From: Sphyrna mokarran
Taxonomy: Eukaryota
Reading direction: 5' to 3'
Length of the DNA: 64,000 nucleotides
Assembly: GCA_024679065.1 (NCBI GenBank)
Contig: JAGIQG010000009.1
Span: 102,238,001-102,302,000 of the forward strand
Part shown: piece by piece, positions 24,830 through 38,499 of the stretch
How positions within the stretch are numbered: the first letter of the stretch is position 1
How the letters are laid out: every line of letters starts with the position of its first letter
Position numbers and translations under genes: made by a program
The notes under the pieces: model-generated
The model's database searches: none
What the model was told of the DNA's origin: nothing
What the model saw: the letters and a program-made list of their open reading frames with translations, nothing else

Positions 24830-24910
24830 GTTTAACTAACGGAGACGCATTTCCCCACTTATAGCTGCAGCCGGAAGGAGTAGCAGGAAAGAGAGAGAGA
24901 CAGCTGGGAA
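24830..24910 (-). promoter_or_regulatory. Candidate proximal promoter/5'UTR of the Ig receptor gene
   Basis: ETS-like CCGGAAG and CAGGAAA, E-box CAGCTG, minus-strand TATAAG and GGGGAAAT within 80 nt of the ATG; motif matches only. Confidence 0.3.
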
Positions 24911-25799
24911 TACGTCTCCTTTTAGTGCCAGGGACCGGGGTTCAATTCCAGCCTTAGGTTTGTAATTCTTCTGCTACAGTCCATTTTAGTGTAGTTTAGG
25001 TTGATTAATCATCTAAATCTGCATTTATGGGGTTAGGGTGAAGGGTCTGGGTAAGAATCTCATTTAGTGAGTTGCTGCGGGCTCGATGCGCTGAAAGTCC
25101 TTCATAAGAGGGATGCCATGGACAAAAAAGGATATGTCCAATGAGCATTTATATTTGAGGTGTTGGACATCCCAAATGTAAGAGCAGAAGCTCTGAGGGA
25201 GGCTTCATATTGATGCACTAGTTCAGTTTTTAAATCCACAGTCTCTGCTAGACCTGTTGAGTTTTTCCAGCATTTTCTGTTTTAAAATCATAGAATTTTA
25301 CAGCATAGAAAGAGACCCTTTGGTGCATCTTGTCTGTGCAAACTATGCATTCTAATCCAATTTTTCAGCACCTGCTCTTGTGTGCTATGGCATTTCAAAT
25401 ACTTATCTAAATATCTTCAATGTTGTGAGGGTTTCTTTCTCTAGCACCCTTAGTGAATCCCATGAAACAGTCTCAGGAGAAGAAATTGAATCACTTGGAG
25501 ATGAGCAGTAAAGTTGAAGTAGGTCTTGAGAGGATTCAGAGGATAGCTCCTCCAAAATCAAAGCATCGTGGGTCTGGCCAGTGATCAAGCTGGTCAGCGA
25601 CCTTGGGGTTGGCAATGTGGGGTTAACTTGATACCCTCCTTAACTTGGTTATCTGTAGAAGATTCTTCCTCCCCTTAGAGGGAACATTTCCAACTAAATT
25701 TTTCACTATTCCTTCACCAACAATATCACTCCCTGACAGCATAGTGAGTATACCTACTTTAATTTGCAATACTTTACTTATACTGCTACTTATAAGTTG

Positions 25800-26110
25800 G
25801 CAATATGAGAGATCGTACAAGATGATGGTCCAGCAGGTAGATTTGAAATGACAAGCTTTTGGAGCACTGCTCCTTCTTCAGATGAAGTGGGGCAAATTGT
25901 GCAGGCACAGGATGTACAGATGGAGTGATGATAGCCCAAGAATAACAGGTAATCAAGAGTGTGCATATAGTACGGGCTGACTGAATAACAAGTTTTTGCA
26001 AGTAACCACAAGTGCTAATAGACAAATGCAACCAGTTAAGTATAATCAGTGTAAAGTGTTATACAGGCTGAATAAAAGTAGTGATAAGGGGTTCTTTCTC
26101 AGGTTAGGAC
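25800..26110 (-). mobile_element. Second Penelope-like family pLTR fragment with degenerate hammerhead (25851-25885)
   Basis: Minus strand cat-CTGAAGA-a-GGAGC-agt-GCTCC-aaaaGCTT-gtc. Confidence 0.55.
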
Positions 26111-26588
26111 AATCAGGAGGTTTCAGTACTGGGACTACAGATCTTCACAATATATATGAATGATTTGGAGGAAGAAACAGCGTTTATTGTAGCCAAATTT
26201 GTAAATAATACAAAGGTGAGAGAGAAAGCAGGTTGTAAGGAGGTATGGCTTTGGTTGATAGTTTACACAAGCTATTGTCAGATTAAGTGACTGAGAAGAA
26301 AATTAGCAAATGGAATTCAATGTGGAAAAATATAAGCATTTATTTTGCAAGAAATAATGAGAAGTGATTGTTATCTAAAGGGAGAGAGATTGTCGAAAAC
26401 TGTACCACGAAGAGACTTGGGATCCTTGTTCATGAAATGTAGAAAACTAGCATACTGATTCAGAAGATAGTAGAGAAGGCAAATGAAATGCTGGCTAAGT
26501 AAACAGGTGTTGTTGTAACTGTACAAGGTACCATGAGGCCACATTTAGAATACTGTGTACAGCTTTGGTCCCCTTATACAAGGAAAGA

Positions 26589-28395
26589 CATAAGAACATA
26601 AGAAATAGGAGCAGGAGTAGGCCATCCAGCCCCTCAAGCCTGCCCTGCCATTCAATAAGATCATGGCTGATCTGCAGTGGTTCAGTACCACTTTCCCGCT
26701 TTCTCCCCATGACCCTTAATTCCCTTGTCAGACAAAAACCTATCCACTTTTGACTTAAATATATTCAGCGAGGAATCTCCACCACTTCAACAGGCAGAGA
26801 ATTCCAAAGATTCACCACCCTTTGCGTGAAGAAATTCCTCCTCAACTCTGATCTGAACTGCACCACCACCACCCCCCGCACCACCCCCGGCAATCTTGAG
26901 GCTGTGCCCTCTAGTACTGCTATCTTTGTTAAGCGGGAAGAGTCTCTCAACCTTTACCCTATCCATCCCCTTCATTATTTTATAAGTCTCTATAAGATCC
27001 CCTCTCAGCCTTCTTGTATAAAACGTTGGTTAAGACCTCATTTGGAATATTGCATCCCAGTTCTGGTCACCCTACTACCGGAAGGACGTGGAGACTCTGG
27101 AGAGAGTGCAGAGGAGGTTTACCAGGATGCTGCCTGGTATGGAAGGTCTGAGTTACGAGGAGAGATTAGGCAAATTGGGACTGTTTTCCTTAGAAAGACG
27201 TAGACTTAGCAGAGATCTAATAGAGGTGTACAAGATTATGAGGGGATAGATAGAGTAAATAGGGTTAAGCTTTTTCCTAGGATGGACTCAAATAGCACGA
27301 GGGGTCATGGGCTTAGGGTGAGGGGGTTAAGGTATAATTTGGATGCTAGAGGGAGTTTTTTCACACAGAGGGTGGTGGGGGTATGGAAGGCACTGCCAAG
27401 TAAAGTGATGGAGGCAGGTACTCTGGAGTTATTTAAGAAATACTTAGGTGGGCACATGAACAGAATGGGAACGGAGGGGTATAGCAAACTGATTTAGAAT
27501 AGGGATCATGAGCCTTAGGAGTCCCTGGGAAGTGTGTAAATAGATGATGATATTGATGTACATGTTTTTATCCTATAGTTGCTTTGGTCCACCTTGTTGT
27601 CTAACGAGGGGCATACACACGATGGGTCGTGAGAGGGCTACTCTTGGATTTTTTTCTGAGAGTATCCTAGTGCTTCACATCGTTAGTGTACGCTTGACCT
27701 GGACCATTTGATGGGCAACACGACAGCTCAGTGACTATCGGTGTGCTGTGCAGATACATGGATTTGGGCCTGTGTCTGTGGGAGTTTGCGCATTCTCCCC
27801 ATGCTTGCGTGGGTTTTCTCTCGGTGCTCCGGTTTCCTCCCACATCCCAAAGATGTGACTCTTAGGCTAATTGGCAAAACAAATTCTTCCTAAATTGTCT
27901 CAAATTTGGTTTTTAATCCATAGATCTATAAACATGGACAGAGATCGCGGATAGAAGTGGGAACATCGGGGTGGCGGTGCGGGCTCGTTGGGCCGAAGGG
28001 CCTGTTTCCCGTGCTGTTTTGTTCTTTGTTCTTTGTTCTAAACTCCAACGAGTACAAATCTAGCCTATTTAGTCTCTCCTCATAATCCAATGCCCTCATC
28101 TCCGATATCAGCTTAGTGAACCTTCTCTGCACCCCCTCCAAGGCCAATATATCCTTCCTCGAATGTGGTGACCAAAACTGCACACAGTACTCCAGCTGCA
28201 GCCTCACCAGTACCGTATACAGCTGCAAAAGTACCTCCCTACTTTTAAATCTATCCCCTAGCTATAAAGGCCAACATTACATTTGCCTACTTAATCACCT
28301 GCTGCACCTGCATACTATGTTTTTGCGATTCATGCACAAGGACCCCCAGGTCCCTCTGCACCATCACATGCTGCAGCTTTTTACCATTTAAATAT
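26589..28395 (-). mobile_element. CR1 3' part (cataagaa tail), itself split by the 27016-28039 element
   Basis: Tail cataagaacataagaaataggagcagg; ccctctcagccttct|aaactccaacgag is continuous across the insert; same subfamily as 45411-45838. Confidence 0.85.
27016..28039 (+). mobile_element. CR1 with V-SINE-containing 3'UTR (copy 2)
   Basis: ORF2 end ...MGTEGYSKLI*; 3'UTR 27498-28039 colinear with copy 1. Confidence 0.9.
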
Positions 28396-28399
28396 GTTG

Positions 28400-29345
28400 T
28401 ATGTGATCATCTAATCTCACTGTGCCTGGCACAGATCATGCCAATCTTGGAAAATCCTGTGCGGGACTAAAATTCAGGATCGCTCCAAACACCAAATAGT
28501 TTGCAATTGTCTCAGTCCCTTTCTAATTGTACAAACCAGATCATGCCCAGAAAGGGCACAAGGCATCATATTTAAAGTAGCATTTAAATATACATAGCCT
28601 ATTCGACACCCAACTCACTGGATATTCTGACCCTCAGTGTGCTGCAACAACAATGGGATCAGTACTAGTCTCCACTAACAGAGGCCAGGTGCATTGACCG
28701 TGACCAAGCTGGGGGGGGCGGGGGAGGGAGGGAGGGGGTGTGGCTCGGAGGCCATGGAAATCCTCAGGTGGTTGGGGGCATGGCCCAGGCAGTGACCATC
28801 AGGCACCCTGGCAATGGTCATCAGGCAGTGCCAACAAACACTAAAACAGTACCACTTGGGCACTGACAGTGTGCCAATTGGCTGTTGCCTGAGTAGGGGC
28901 CATGATGGACTGGGGGGGATAGATGGGGAAGGTCTATGCAGTAGCAGTCATGAAGGAGTCATGATGGGGCAGCATATCAAGGGTCATGAGGATGCATGTT
29001 GGAGTTGACAGAGGGACCCATCAGGAAGTCCCCAATATCAGGAAAGTGTGGGGGAATTTGCCATTGATGAGTGGGGGGTCCTGATGTCCATGGGCAGAGT
29101 GAGGGGGTCTCCCACTGTACTGTGAAATCAGGGTGCTCTTGAAAAATGGTACCTGAGCACTCTGCAAAAGAGCTCCCTGGTGTTTTTAGACCCCACAACC
29201 CCCCCAGTACTGGCGCGCAATTCACCACTCTCCAAAATAGTGACTATGTGATGAATGTAGTGCCGAGCACAACTGCAAGACTGGTGGGAATCACTCTGGT
29301 GTTCTTGCCATTACAACACTTTTTGTTTTAGGCACAATTCCACTC
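28400..29345. mobile_element. GC-rich non-autonomous DNA-transposon-like remnant
   Basis: Inserted within CR1; terminus resembles the reverse of the gggtggaattct end; shared ggcaat/gtgcca motifs. Confidence 0.45.
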
Positions 29346-31369
29346 ATAATCATTGAAGCCAGTGCAGAGGAGATTTACTCAGATGATCCTGAATATAGAG
29401 TGACTACCATATGAGGAAAGATTAATCAGGTTGGGTTTGTACTCTTTGCAGAATGAGAGGTGATATGATTGAAACATAAGATTCTTCAGGAGTTCGATGA
29501 AGTAAGTGTTAGGAGGATGCTTCCACTCATGGCAGAGCGCAGGACTAGAGAGCATAGTTTCAGAATGAGGGGGTATTCATTTCAGTTGGATGTAAGGAAG
29601 CATTTGCTCTCTCAGTGAATTGAGTATCTTTGGAATTCTTTATTCCAGGAAGGTGTGGAGGCCAAGTCCTTGAACATTTTCAAGGCTGAGATTAATAGGT
29701 TTTTAATCAGTAGGGGAATTAAGGATCATGGGAAGAAGGCAGGAAAGTGATCTTAGTAAGTGTTAAGTATGCTGTGATCTTACTAAATGGTGGAACAGGG
29801 CTGAATGGTTTATTTCTTATGGTCTCACAGGTATCTGTTGTTCTTGCCCTTCTAGATGGTAGTGGTTTTGGGTTTGGAGGTGCTAGCTAAGTGATCTTGG
29901 TGAGTTCCTGCAATGCATCTATGGATTAGTATTCACTGCTGCTATTGTACGTTGATGATGGTGAAGAGATTGAAGGCTTGTGGAAGGGGTACTAATCAAG
30001 TGGGTTGTTTTGCCCTGGATGGTGTCAAGCTTCTTGAGTATTTTTGGAGTTGTTCCCATCCAGACAAGGGAAAAATATTCCATCATACTCCTGACTTATG
30101 CCTTGCAGATGGTGGACAGGCTTTGGGGAGTTAGGAGGTGAGTTACTTGCTGCAATATTCCCAGCCTCTGACCTGCTCTTTTAGCCACTACTTTTGTGGT
30201 AAATTCAGTTGAGTTTCTGGTCAACGGTAATCCCAAGGATGTTGATAGTAGGGGATTCAGTGATGGCTACACCACTGAATCTCAAGGGGCAGTGGTTACA
30301 GCTTTGGCTGTATGCTGCAGGCACTAGTGGGAATCGACAAATGTCAGTACCAGAGAAGAGCAGCCCTTGTGTACTTGTTGCATCTGCCCCTCCATCCCTG
30401 GGAAGAGCACAGGGGCCCCCTGGAATCCGGAGGGAAAAGGATCAACAGCAGTACAGCCTGGGCCCTTCCAGCCAGAGGATTCTGGGAATGTTCAGCCACC
30501 TGACATACCTGTGAGGGATACATCTCCAGCCCTGACATTGAGGAGGGAAGCGTGTGTGGACTCCAGGTCCCGGGCCCCAAGGGAATGTCCACAGGTTCCT
30601 CAGGAAGCTAGGCATGGAAGTCAACGGACTGCCTCAACGTCGGCTATGGATCCTGGGGAGACATCTAGATGTGGAATGAGAGTAAGCAAGATGAAGTGAC
30701 TGTAGGCACTTGGTGAATATAACACTAGCAGGTCACTATTTTGTTTTTAACATTTGGCATTAAATTTCACTTTGTTCACCAACAAAGCTTCCACCCTGTC
30801 AGTTCATGTCACCAAGCTTGGGAGAACCATTGCGCTCACCTGTGGACTGTGCGAATGGCAGTGCTAGGTCTCTCCCATACTCATGCCCTTACCCCCATAC
30901 CCTGGAGCCCATTCCCAAACCCCATTCATGGAAGGGTGTTGTCCATGCCCCTCTCCATCAAAGCACACCCCCCTTATTAGTACCACTATTCTCTACTGAT
31001 CTTGTGACCAACAGCAGTTGAAATGCTGCCAGACTGCCCATCTTGGCTGCAAGGTAGATGTGAACTTCATGACATGGACCGCTCGCATGGATGAAGCCTG
31101 TAATAGCTGACACTGCACATCCCAAATTTTGGTACCCAATGATAGCCCATTCGCTGCAGGGCACGTTAAGCTGACTGACAGACAGAAGTCAGACATATTG
31201 CTGAGGATAAGAGGATCATCACTCTGTCCTCAATACAAATCATCATCATTCTCCTGCAGAGTGCAGCCAATGGCTTCAGCATCTTGCCCATGAAAGCTGG
31301 CCTTTGAGCAGTCTGGCACCATGTAACTGGTTAGATGTTAGTCCCCATGGTGGGACAGCTCTTTGTTCC

Positions 31370-34060
31370 CTATTTCTGGGACCTCATCTGTGTCCAAAGA
31401 AGAGACAAAGATTTGTGTCAGAGGCCCTGCAATTTCACCTCACACCTCCCCAAGTAGCCTGGGATAAATGCCATCAGAGCCCAGAGATTTTATCAGTTTT
31501 AACACTACCTAGAAGCTCTAATACTTCCTCCCTCAGTATGGATATTTCCCTCAACTGGCCCATAACTCCCAGGGCCGGTCAACAAGCCCCTCTCCTTTGA
31601 GAATACCAACACAAAGTATTCATTCAGGATCTCCCCCATTCCCTCAGGCTCTAAGCACAGTTCACCTCCTCTGTCCCTAAGAGGTCCAATTTTTCCTCTA
31701 ACCACCCTTTTATTCCTAACATAGGAATAAAAAGCCTTTGGATTTTCCTTAATCCTATCCGTCAAAACCATTTCATACCCTCTTTTTGCCCTTCTAACTC
31801 CCTGTTTAAGCTCCATCCTCCTCTCTATATTCCTTCAATGCTCTCTCCATTCCCAGCTGCTTTGACCTAAATACACCTCTTTTCTTCCTAACCAAGTCCT
31901 CAATATCCCTAGTAATCCATGGCTCTCTAATCCTACTTTTCCTCTTAGCTGGCACATATCTTTCTTGCAATATTTTCAGTATTCCCTTGAAAGAATCCCA
32001 CATGCCTAGTGTGGACTTACCCTCGAACAACCATTCCCAATCAGTTTCCATAAGCTCCTGCCCAATCCGACCATAGTTAGCTTTCCCCCAATTCAGCACC
32101 CTGTCCCTAGGGCAACAAGCATCCTTTTCCATCTGTATCCTAAAGTAGACAGAATTGTGGTCATTGTTAGCCACATGTTCCCCTACTACAACATCAACCA
32201 CCTGCCTTGGCTCATTACTCAGAATGAAATCCAAAAAGCTCCCTCTCTAGTCAGGCTAGCCACATACTGCTACAATGATCCTTCCAGTACACATTTTACA
32301 AATTCCTCCCTGTCCAAACCCCCAGCTCCAGGTACCTTCCAATCTACTCTAGGGAGATTAAAATCTCCCACTATAACGACTCTGTTGTTTCTGCACCTAT
32401 CCAAAATGTCTTTACATATGCCTTCTTCAACTACCCGTATGGCCACCCTATATATAGGCCATTATAGGGTGGCCTATAATATATCCCTAGCATAGTAATG
32501 GTCCCCTTCCTATTCCTTAACTCCACCCACAGCGACTCCACTCCTAACTCCTCTGTATTGTCCTCCCTCTGCACCACTGTGATGCTCTCCCTAACTAACA
32601 ACGCCACTCCCTCACCTCTTCTGAACCCTCTGTCACACCTGAAACACCTATACCCAGGAATATTCAGCTGCCACTGCTCCCCTTCCTTTAACCACGTCTC
32701 CATCATTGCAACCACATTCAAATTCCTCGCAAACACTAAGGCCATAAGTTCATCTGTTTTTCCTGTTACACTCCTCGCATTGAAACAGACATACTCCAGA
32801 CCTCCAAGCCCACTTGGAACCTCCTTCTCCCTGGTATATTTCTTGTCATCCAAGCTTACTATCTGTCATCTCACTCCCTACCGAGCTATCGGTCTCAGCC
32901 CCCCCCCCATATTAGTTTAAACCCTGCCAAAACACTCCAGCTAACCTCCCAGTTAGGATATTCACACCTTTTCCATTTAAGTGTTCCCCATCCCTTCTAT
33001 ACATACGCCCTTCTTTCACAAATATGAAACCCTCTGCCCTACACCAATGCTCCAGCCACACATTCAGCTGTAGGATCTCATTTCTCCTGGCTCTGCTATT
33101 ACCCAACCCTGGAAGCAGTCCTGAGATCACCACCCTGGAGGTCCTGCTCTTCAGCCTACCTTCCAATTCCCTGAACTGCCTTCATATATCCTCCCTGCTC
33201 TTCCTTCCTACATCCTTCTCTCCTGCATGAATAAGCACATCTGCCTGGGCCCTCTCACCCTTCAAAATGCCCTCTACCCTCTCAGAAACATCTTGCACTT
33301 CTGCTCTAGGGAGGCAAACTACTATCCTGGAGTCCCACCTTTGACCACAGAACCACCTAACTATTCCTATATCCCTCCCATCCCCCACCACCATCTCCCT
33401 TCTATTCCCCTTCCTCCCATCTGAGGTCCTCCTGCCATACCTTTTTTACCCCTCCACCCTCAATATTTTGGGAGACTGCCACTGGGGAAGTCTTTGGACT
33501 GTCTCCCCTCTCCTTTTTCCCCTTCCTCACAGTAATCCACCTGTAAGGGTCATGTTCCTCAATCTTAGGCTCTGGGTCCACCACCTTACTATGGCTCCCT
33601 TCCATTATTGTCTCATTCTCCCTGACTAAAAATGCATCTTCCAATCGCCACTCTAGATTCTTGACCCGAGCCCTCGGGCACTGCAGCTCCAAACACTTGA
33701 CACATATGTAGACATTCAGGAGACATCTTACCTCCAGGAACTCCCACATATGATACCATACATAGATGAGGCACCTTCCCATAATCCTACCATTGTCCTG
33801 AACACCTTTGGAGTTATGAATGCAACTGGAAAACCAGTAGCACACCTTACCTAAACCCAGCAAGCCAAAGCCCTTAAATGTCTCACTCTGCTTCCCTGCC
33901 CACTCCACTGCCCACTGTCTACTGCCACTTTCTTTTTATACTCTCTGGTTCCCTTCCCAGCTACCCCCTTGCCTAACTACAGCAGCAAAAAGCAATCAGA
34001 AACAGAGAGAAAAAAATCAAATTGAAAATTTTTCACACTCGGCCACCAGCACTTCCAAAC
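31370..34060 (-). mobile_element. CR1 5' half (5'UTR, zinc-finger/esterase ORF1, endonuclease, linker), lacking RT and 3' end
   Basis: YICVKCLEL..ARVKNLE; VCLPRAEVQDV, VVISGLLP, DGEHLN; CFNARS, ETWL, NNDHNSV; RIKENPKAFY. Ends just before RT. Confidence 0.85.
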
Positions 34061-34984
34061 ACTCTGTTCCGGAGAACAATGAGTGTACTTGTGGCTGGCA
34101 AAGAAAAAGTCTCAATGAAAGATGACCTTTTTTTTTTGCCTTGTTATAATAATAATAATGTTATTTACATTTAGTTTGCACTCCTGTCTTTAACATTTAA
34201 CCACCCAACAATTGGACATTGAACAATTGTTACCAATCAAAGCATCGAATACAAAATGAATGATGCTGATTGGCCACTAGATGGAGATCAGTGTCTGAGG
34301 TGCTGATGTACGGTGGGGGGGGTGTTTATTATTTTATTTGTTATTGTAACAAGTGGGTTTACATAATATCCAGTTGAGGGGTGCAGGGTGGGTGGGTTGT
34401 TGGAGGAAAGTTGGGAGAGGAAAGTCCTGAAGTGACATCCTAATGTGTTGAAATGAATTTTCTGAGGCCCTGTGGCTTGTATCACGGTCAGGTGCTGGGA
34501 AGGTCAGAATTTGAAAATCCAATGGCGTAAATCGTGTTTTCCGGTTTTGAGAGCACACTACGCCATTCCCACAGACGGAAAAGTAAATTCTCCATCAGTG
34601 TACCTGAACAGGCACCAGAATGTGGCGACTAAGGGATTTTCACAATAACCTCATTACGGCATTAATGTGAATTTATCCACTTTGGCAGGAAGTATAGAAA
34701 TGCAGTATAATGTTTAAATGTAGGGAGTCGGCAGAACTTTATGGTACAGAGGGATCTGTACATTCTAGTATCCAAATCAGAAATAGTTAGCATGCAGGTT
34801 TGGTAAATTAACGGAAGGAAAATGAAGTGTTTTTGTTAATTCCCCTTTCAATAAGTGGGAGTGGAAATGCGGGTCTTAGTGTGGGTGAGAAAATGGGTCT
34901 GATATCCTGGCCTCAGTTTAATCTCATCCAAAAATGCATGTCCAACAGTGCAACTCTCCACAGATCGCAAATGCTTGACATGGC

Positions 34985-36130
34985 AGCACTCCCTCACGAA
35001 TGACCCTCTGACAATGCTGCATTCCCTCCGTACTGAACTTCTAACTGACTGTGCAGCACTCACTCAGTACTGACCCTCTGACAGTGCAGCACTCCCTCAG
35101 TGCTGACCATCTGACTGTGCAGTACTCCCTCAGTACTGACCCTCTGACTGACTGTGCAGCACTCCCTCAGTACTGACCCTCTGACTGACTGTGCAGCACT
35201 CCCTCAGTACTGACCCTCTGACTGACTGTGCAGCACTCCCTCAGTACTGACCCTCTGACTGACTGTGCAGCACTCCCTCAGTACTGACCCTCTGACTGAC
35301 TGTGCAGCACTCCCTCAGTACTGACCCTCTGACTGACTGTGCAGCACTCCCTCAGTACTGACCCTCTGACTGACTGTGCAGCACTCCCTCAGTACTGACC
35401 CTCTGACTGACTGTGCAGCACTCCCTCAGTACTGACCCTCTGACTGACTGTGCAGCACTCCCTCAGTACTGACCCTCTGACTGACTGTGCAGCACTCCCT
35501 CAGTACTGACCCTCTGACTGACTGTGCAGCACTCCCTCAGTACTGACCCTCTGACTGACTGTGCAGCACTCCCTCAGTACTGACCCTCTGACTGACTGTG
35601 CAGCACTCCCTCAGTACTGACCCTCTGACTGACTGTGCAGCACTCCCTCAGTACTGACCCTCTGACTGACTGTGCAGCACTCCCTCAGTACTGACCCTCT
35701 GACTGACTGTGCAGCACTCCCTCAGTACTGACCCTCTGACAGTGCAGCACTCCCTCAGTACTGACCCTCTGACTGTGCAGCACTCCCTCAGTACTGACCC
35801 TCTGACTGACTGTGCAGCACTCCCTCAGTACTGACCCTCTGACTGACTGTGCAGCACTCCCTCAGTACTGACCCTCTGACTGACTGTGCAGCACTCCCTC
35901 AGTGCTGACCCTCTAACTGACAGTGCAGCACTCCCTCAGTACTAACCCTCTGACAGTGCGGCACTCCATCAGTACTAACCCTCTGACAGTGCGGCACTCC
36001 CTCAGTACTAACCCTCTGACAGTGCGGCACTCCCTCAGTACTAACCCTCTGACAGTGCGGCACTCCCTCAGTACTAACCCTCTGACTGACTGTGCAGCTC
36101 TCCCTCAGTACTGACCCTCTGACAGTGCAG
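34985..36130. repeat. Minisatellite, 37-bp unit ctgactgactgtgcagcactccctcagtactgaccct with 33-bp variants (~30 units)
   Basis: Exact 37-bp periodicity from ~35140 to 35740; 33-bp variant ctgacagtgcggcactccctcagtactaaccct at the right end. Confidence 0.97.
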
Positions 36131-36999
36131 AAATTTCTCTGTACTAAATGTATTATTTAGCATTCTGCAAAATTACCAAAAACAATTTTAAAAACAAAAC
36201 CTAGGATATTGCAAACTAGACTGATTCATTAAACAAAGCTGAATTCTGAGTCAGTTAAAGAATAAGTAATGCATTAATAGATGTATTTGTAATGCTAACA
36301 ATATAATTCATTGGCACAAAAAAGTTTATAACTTTTATAAGGGTAAACACTGAACTTTTATAAGTGTAAACACTGATTTTAATACAATTCTTTCATGTCA
36401 CGAGAATTACAAAATGCTGACTTCCCAGACAGGCTGGAGCTTTTGTTAACCTTGACTGAAGCAATGACCAGGTCTTTATTCAAACTGAGAATTTTCTGAA
36501 CTCATTTTTGTCTAGTTATCTATTGCTTCACTAGTGGATCCTGTTTCTTGATCTTCATTTTCTGGTTCAGAGCAGGATTATTTCATTTGTTTTCCATATA
36601 AATTTTTGTTTTCTCCTTTACTATGTAAAACCTTAGTTTTCCTATGAAACAGCAAGATTTCAGATACCTTCCTCCTGACTCCTCACTCTCGTTTGCTGGC
36701 AGTGCCAAAGGGTCAGGGCCGGAGGAGGAGGGAAGGCAAAGGAGAAGGAAAGGGTCCAATGCATTGAAGGAAGAGGTGATTGAACGGGGTGGGAATTTGG
36801 TGGAGGTGAGAAGGGCAATGTCCAGTGAGGCAATTAGAGGGAGAGGCTGGGGAAGGCAAATATAACACATTTCCCAGTGCATTATAAACACTTGTACATA
36901 GTACATTGGAAAATCAGGTGCCCTTAAAAGCTCAGCAGTTGGCTTCCTGGTGTGAGCAGGCTCTCCTCACTCTCCCTGCTGGCAAAAACCAATTTGGCT

Positions 37000-38460
37000 T
37001 TTTTTCCAAGTGTCATACGATTGCATCTGGGAGTTTACCCAATCAATAGAGCTTTTCTCCCATTTTCACGCTCATTTGGCTCTTAGACTTTGGTTAAGAT
37101 CTCTCTGTAACCCCTCCCCCCTCTCCATTTCTCTTTCTGCCATTGCAAATAATTCCATTTGCTTTTCCTATCTTCTTTCCTTCTCCTGCCTCTTCGCTTG
37201 CTCTCTTTGGAATGCTCTTTCCTTTTCATTTTCCTCTCCTACCCCTTCTTTTTACTTTAAAAACTCTAATTCAAGTTTCCTTTAATTTCTGTTTCTCTTT
37301 GTCCTTTTTCTATATCAAATTGTTTCATTTGTAATTGATTTTTTTGCCAAATCATTTGCCTCACTTTTTGGAGAACTTGATGTGTCAGATATTCTCTATA
37401 ATTTTAAATGCTTAGCTGCACTTTCAGTTATGTCAGTTTTCCTTACCCCCGCAGCTAATTGTTCTCTTTTTTTTGTGATGGGTAACTATGCACCTGACAG
37501 AATGCCAGCGATCAACATTTCTTTGCTCAGTTTGTGATTAACTCTGGCCTGGTACTTTGCAATTCATCAGCTAATTAGGTAACTGCCTCTTGGTTACTTT
37601 CTGTAAACCAGCTACAGTTATATCTTCCATTTGTAGAAGAGTCCTTGCAATTTCCAACACAATTTTTGGACTCCAACTCTTACAATTTACCTCACAGCAA
37701 CTTCAATTCCTATGTCCAGTATATCAGTACCACCACGTGTTCTTTTTTTAAGGATTCACAGATCCCACCTCTTAGCAATAAATGCGGACCGAGTTTTACT
37801 ACTTGGCACCCAGCAACGTGTTTCCATGTTTCAAAGTATTCCTACAAATTATTACAAATCAGCATCCAATAATCTTTTCTCTATGTTCTGAATCCTGAAA
37901 AACCTCCCACTTTTGTTAGAATTCCAGTTGATGTTATTACTGAACGAGAAGATCCCAGAATGGAACCTTGATCAAAGTATTGTAAATTTTACTTTATTTT
38001 AGAAAAGGTGGATGAACAGTCACAGGACCGTCACAGTCATTTTTATAAAACATGAATCTCTGATAACAATACACCTTACTCCCACTTATCTTCACAGGTA
38101 TACGCTGATTTTAAGAACAACCCAGATCACAAATTATATATCTCATTCTATAATGATTTCAGTAACTGAACTATCTCTGTAAGTCAATAGACCATTACTC
38201 TGCACATTTCAGCTGTCTTTAACTTCAATGGATAATACCATGTTAAAATTCCAGTTCCTGATTTTTTTTTTGGCTTTAACTTTCCTGGGTTTTTCTTATT
38301 CCTTATTTCAAAAATAAGCTGTTCTTTAGTTTTTAGAACTTGCTTTCTTGCCCTTTACTCCATTGTTCTACTTCTCTGCTGGTAGAGCTGTGAGAGTTGT
38401 CTTCTCTCTCACTATGTCGATCCAACCGCATTTGTTTTGCATGGATCTAACTAGAGTTTT
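37000..38460 (-). mobile_element. Degenerate LTR retrotransposon relic (LTR, Pro-like PBS, E/K/R-rich gag N-terminus)
   Basis: Minus strand ...ctaaCA-aaag-tgggaggtttttcaggat (12/18 match to tRNA-Pro PBS TGGGGGCTCGTCCGGGAT), followed by a decayed coiled-coil-like reading frame. Confidence 0.45.
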
Positions 38461-38499
38461 ATCTTTTCTTACATAGAAACCGTACAGCCGTAGAATTCC

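Larger units (their letters stand above)
26100..29830 (+). mobile_element. Old CR1 (~26100-26588 and ~29350-29830) split by nested insertions
   Basis: cccttatacaaggaaagacat resumes as ataatcattgaagccagtgcagagg after the inserts. Confidence 0.65.

Noticed and set aside
34985-36130. CRISPR-like array (37-bp periodicity)
   Set aside because: Head-to-tail repeats with no unique spacers, no cas genes and a vertebrate context: a minisatellite. ORF 35923-36114 is a by-product of the repeat.
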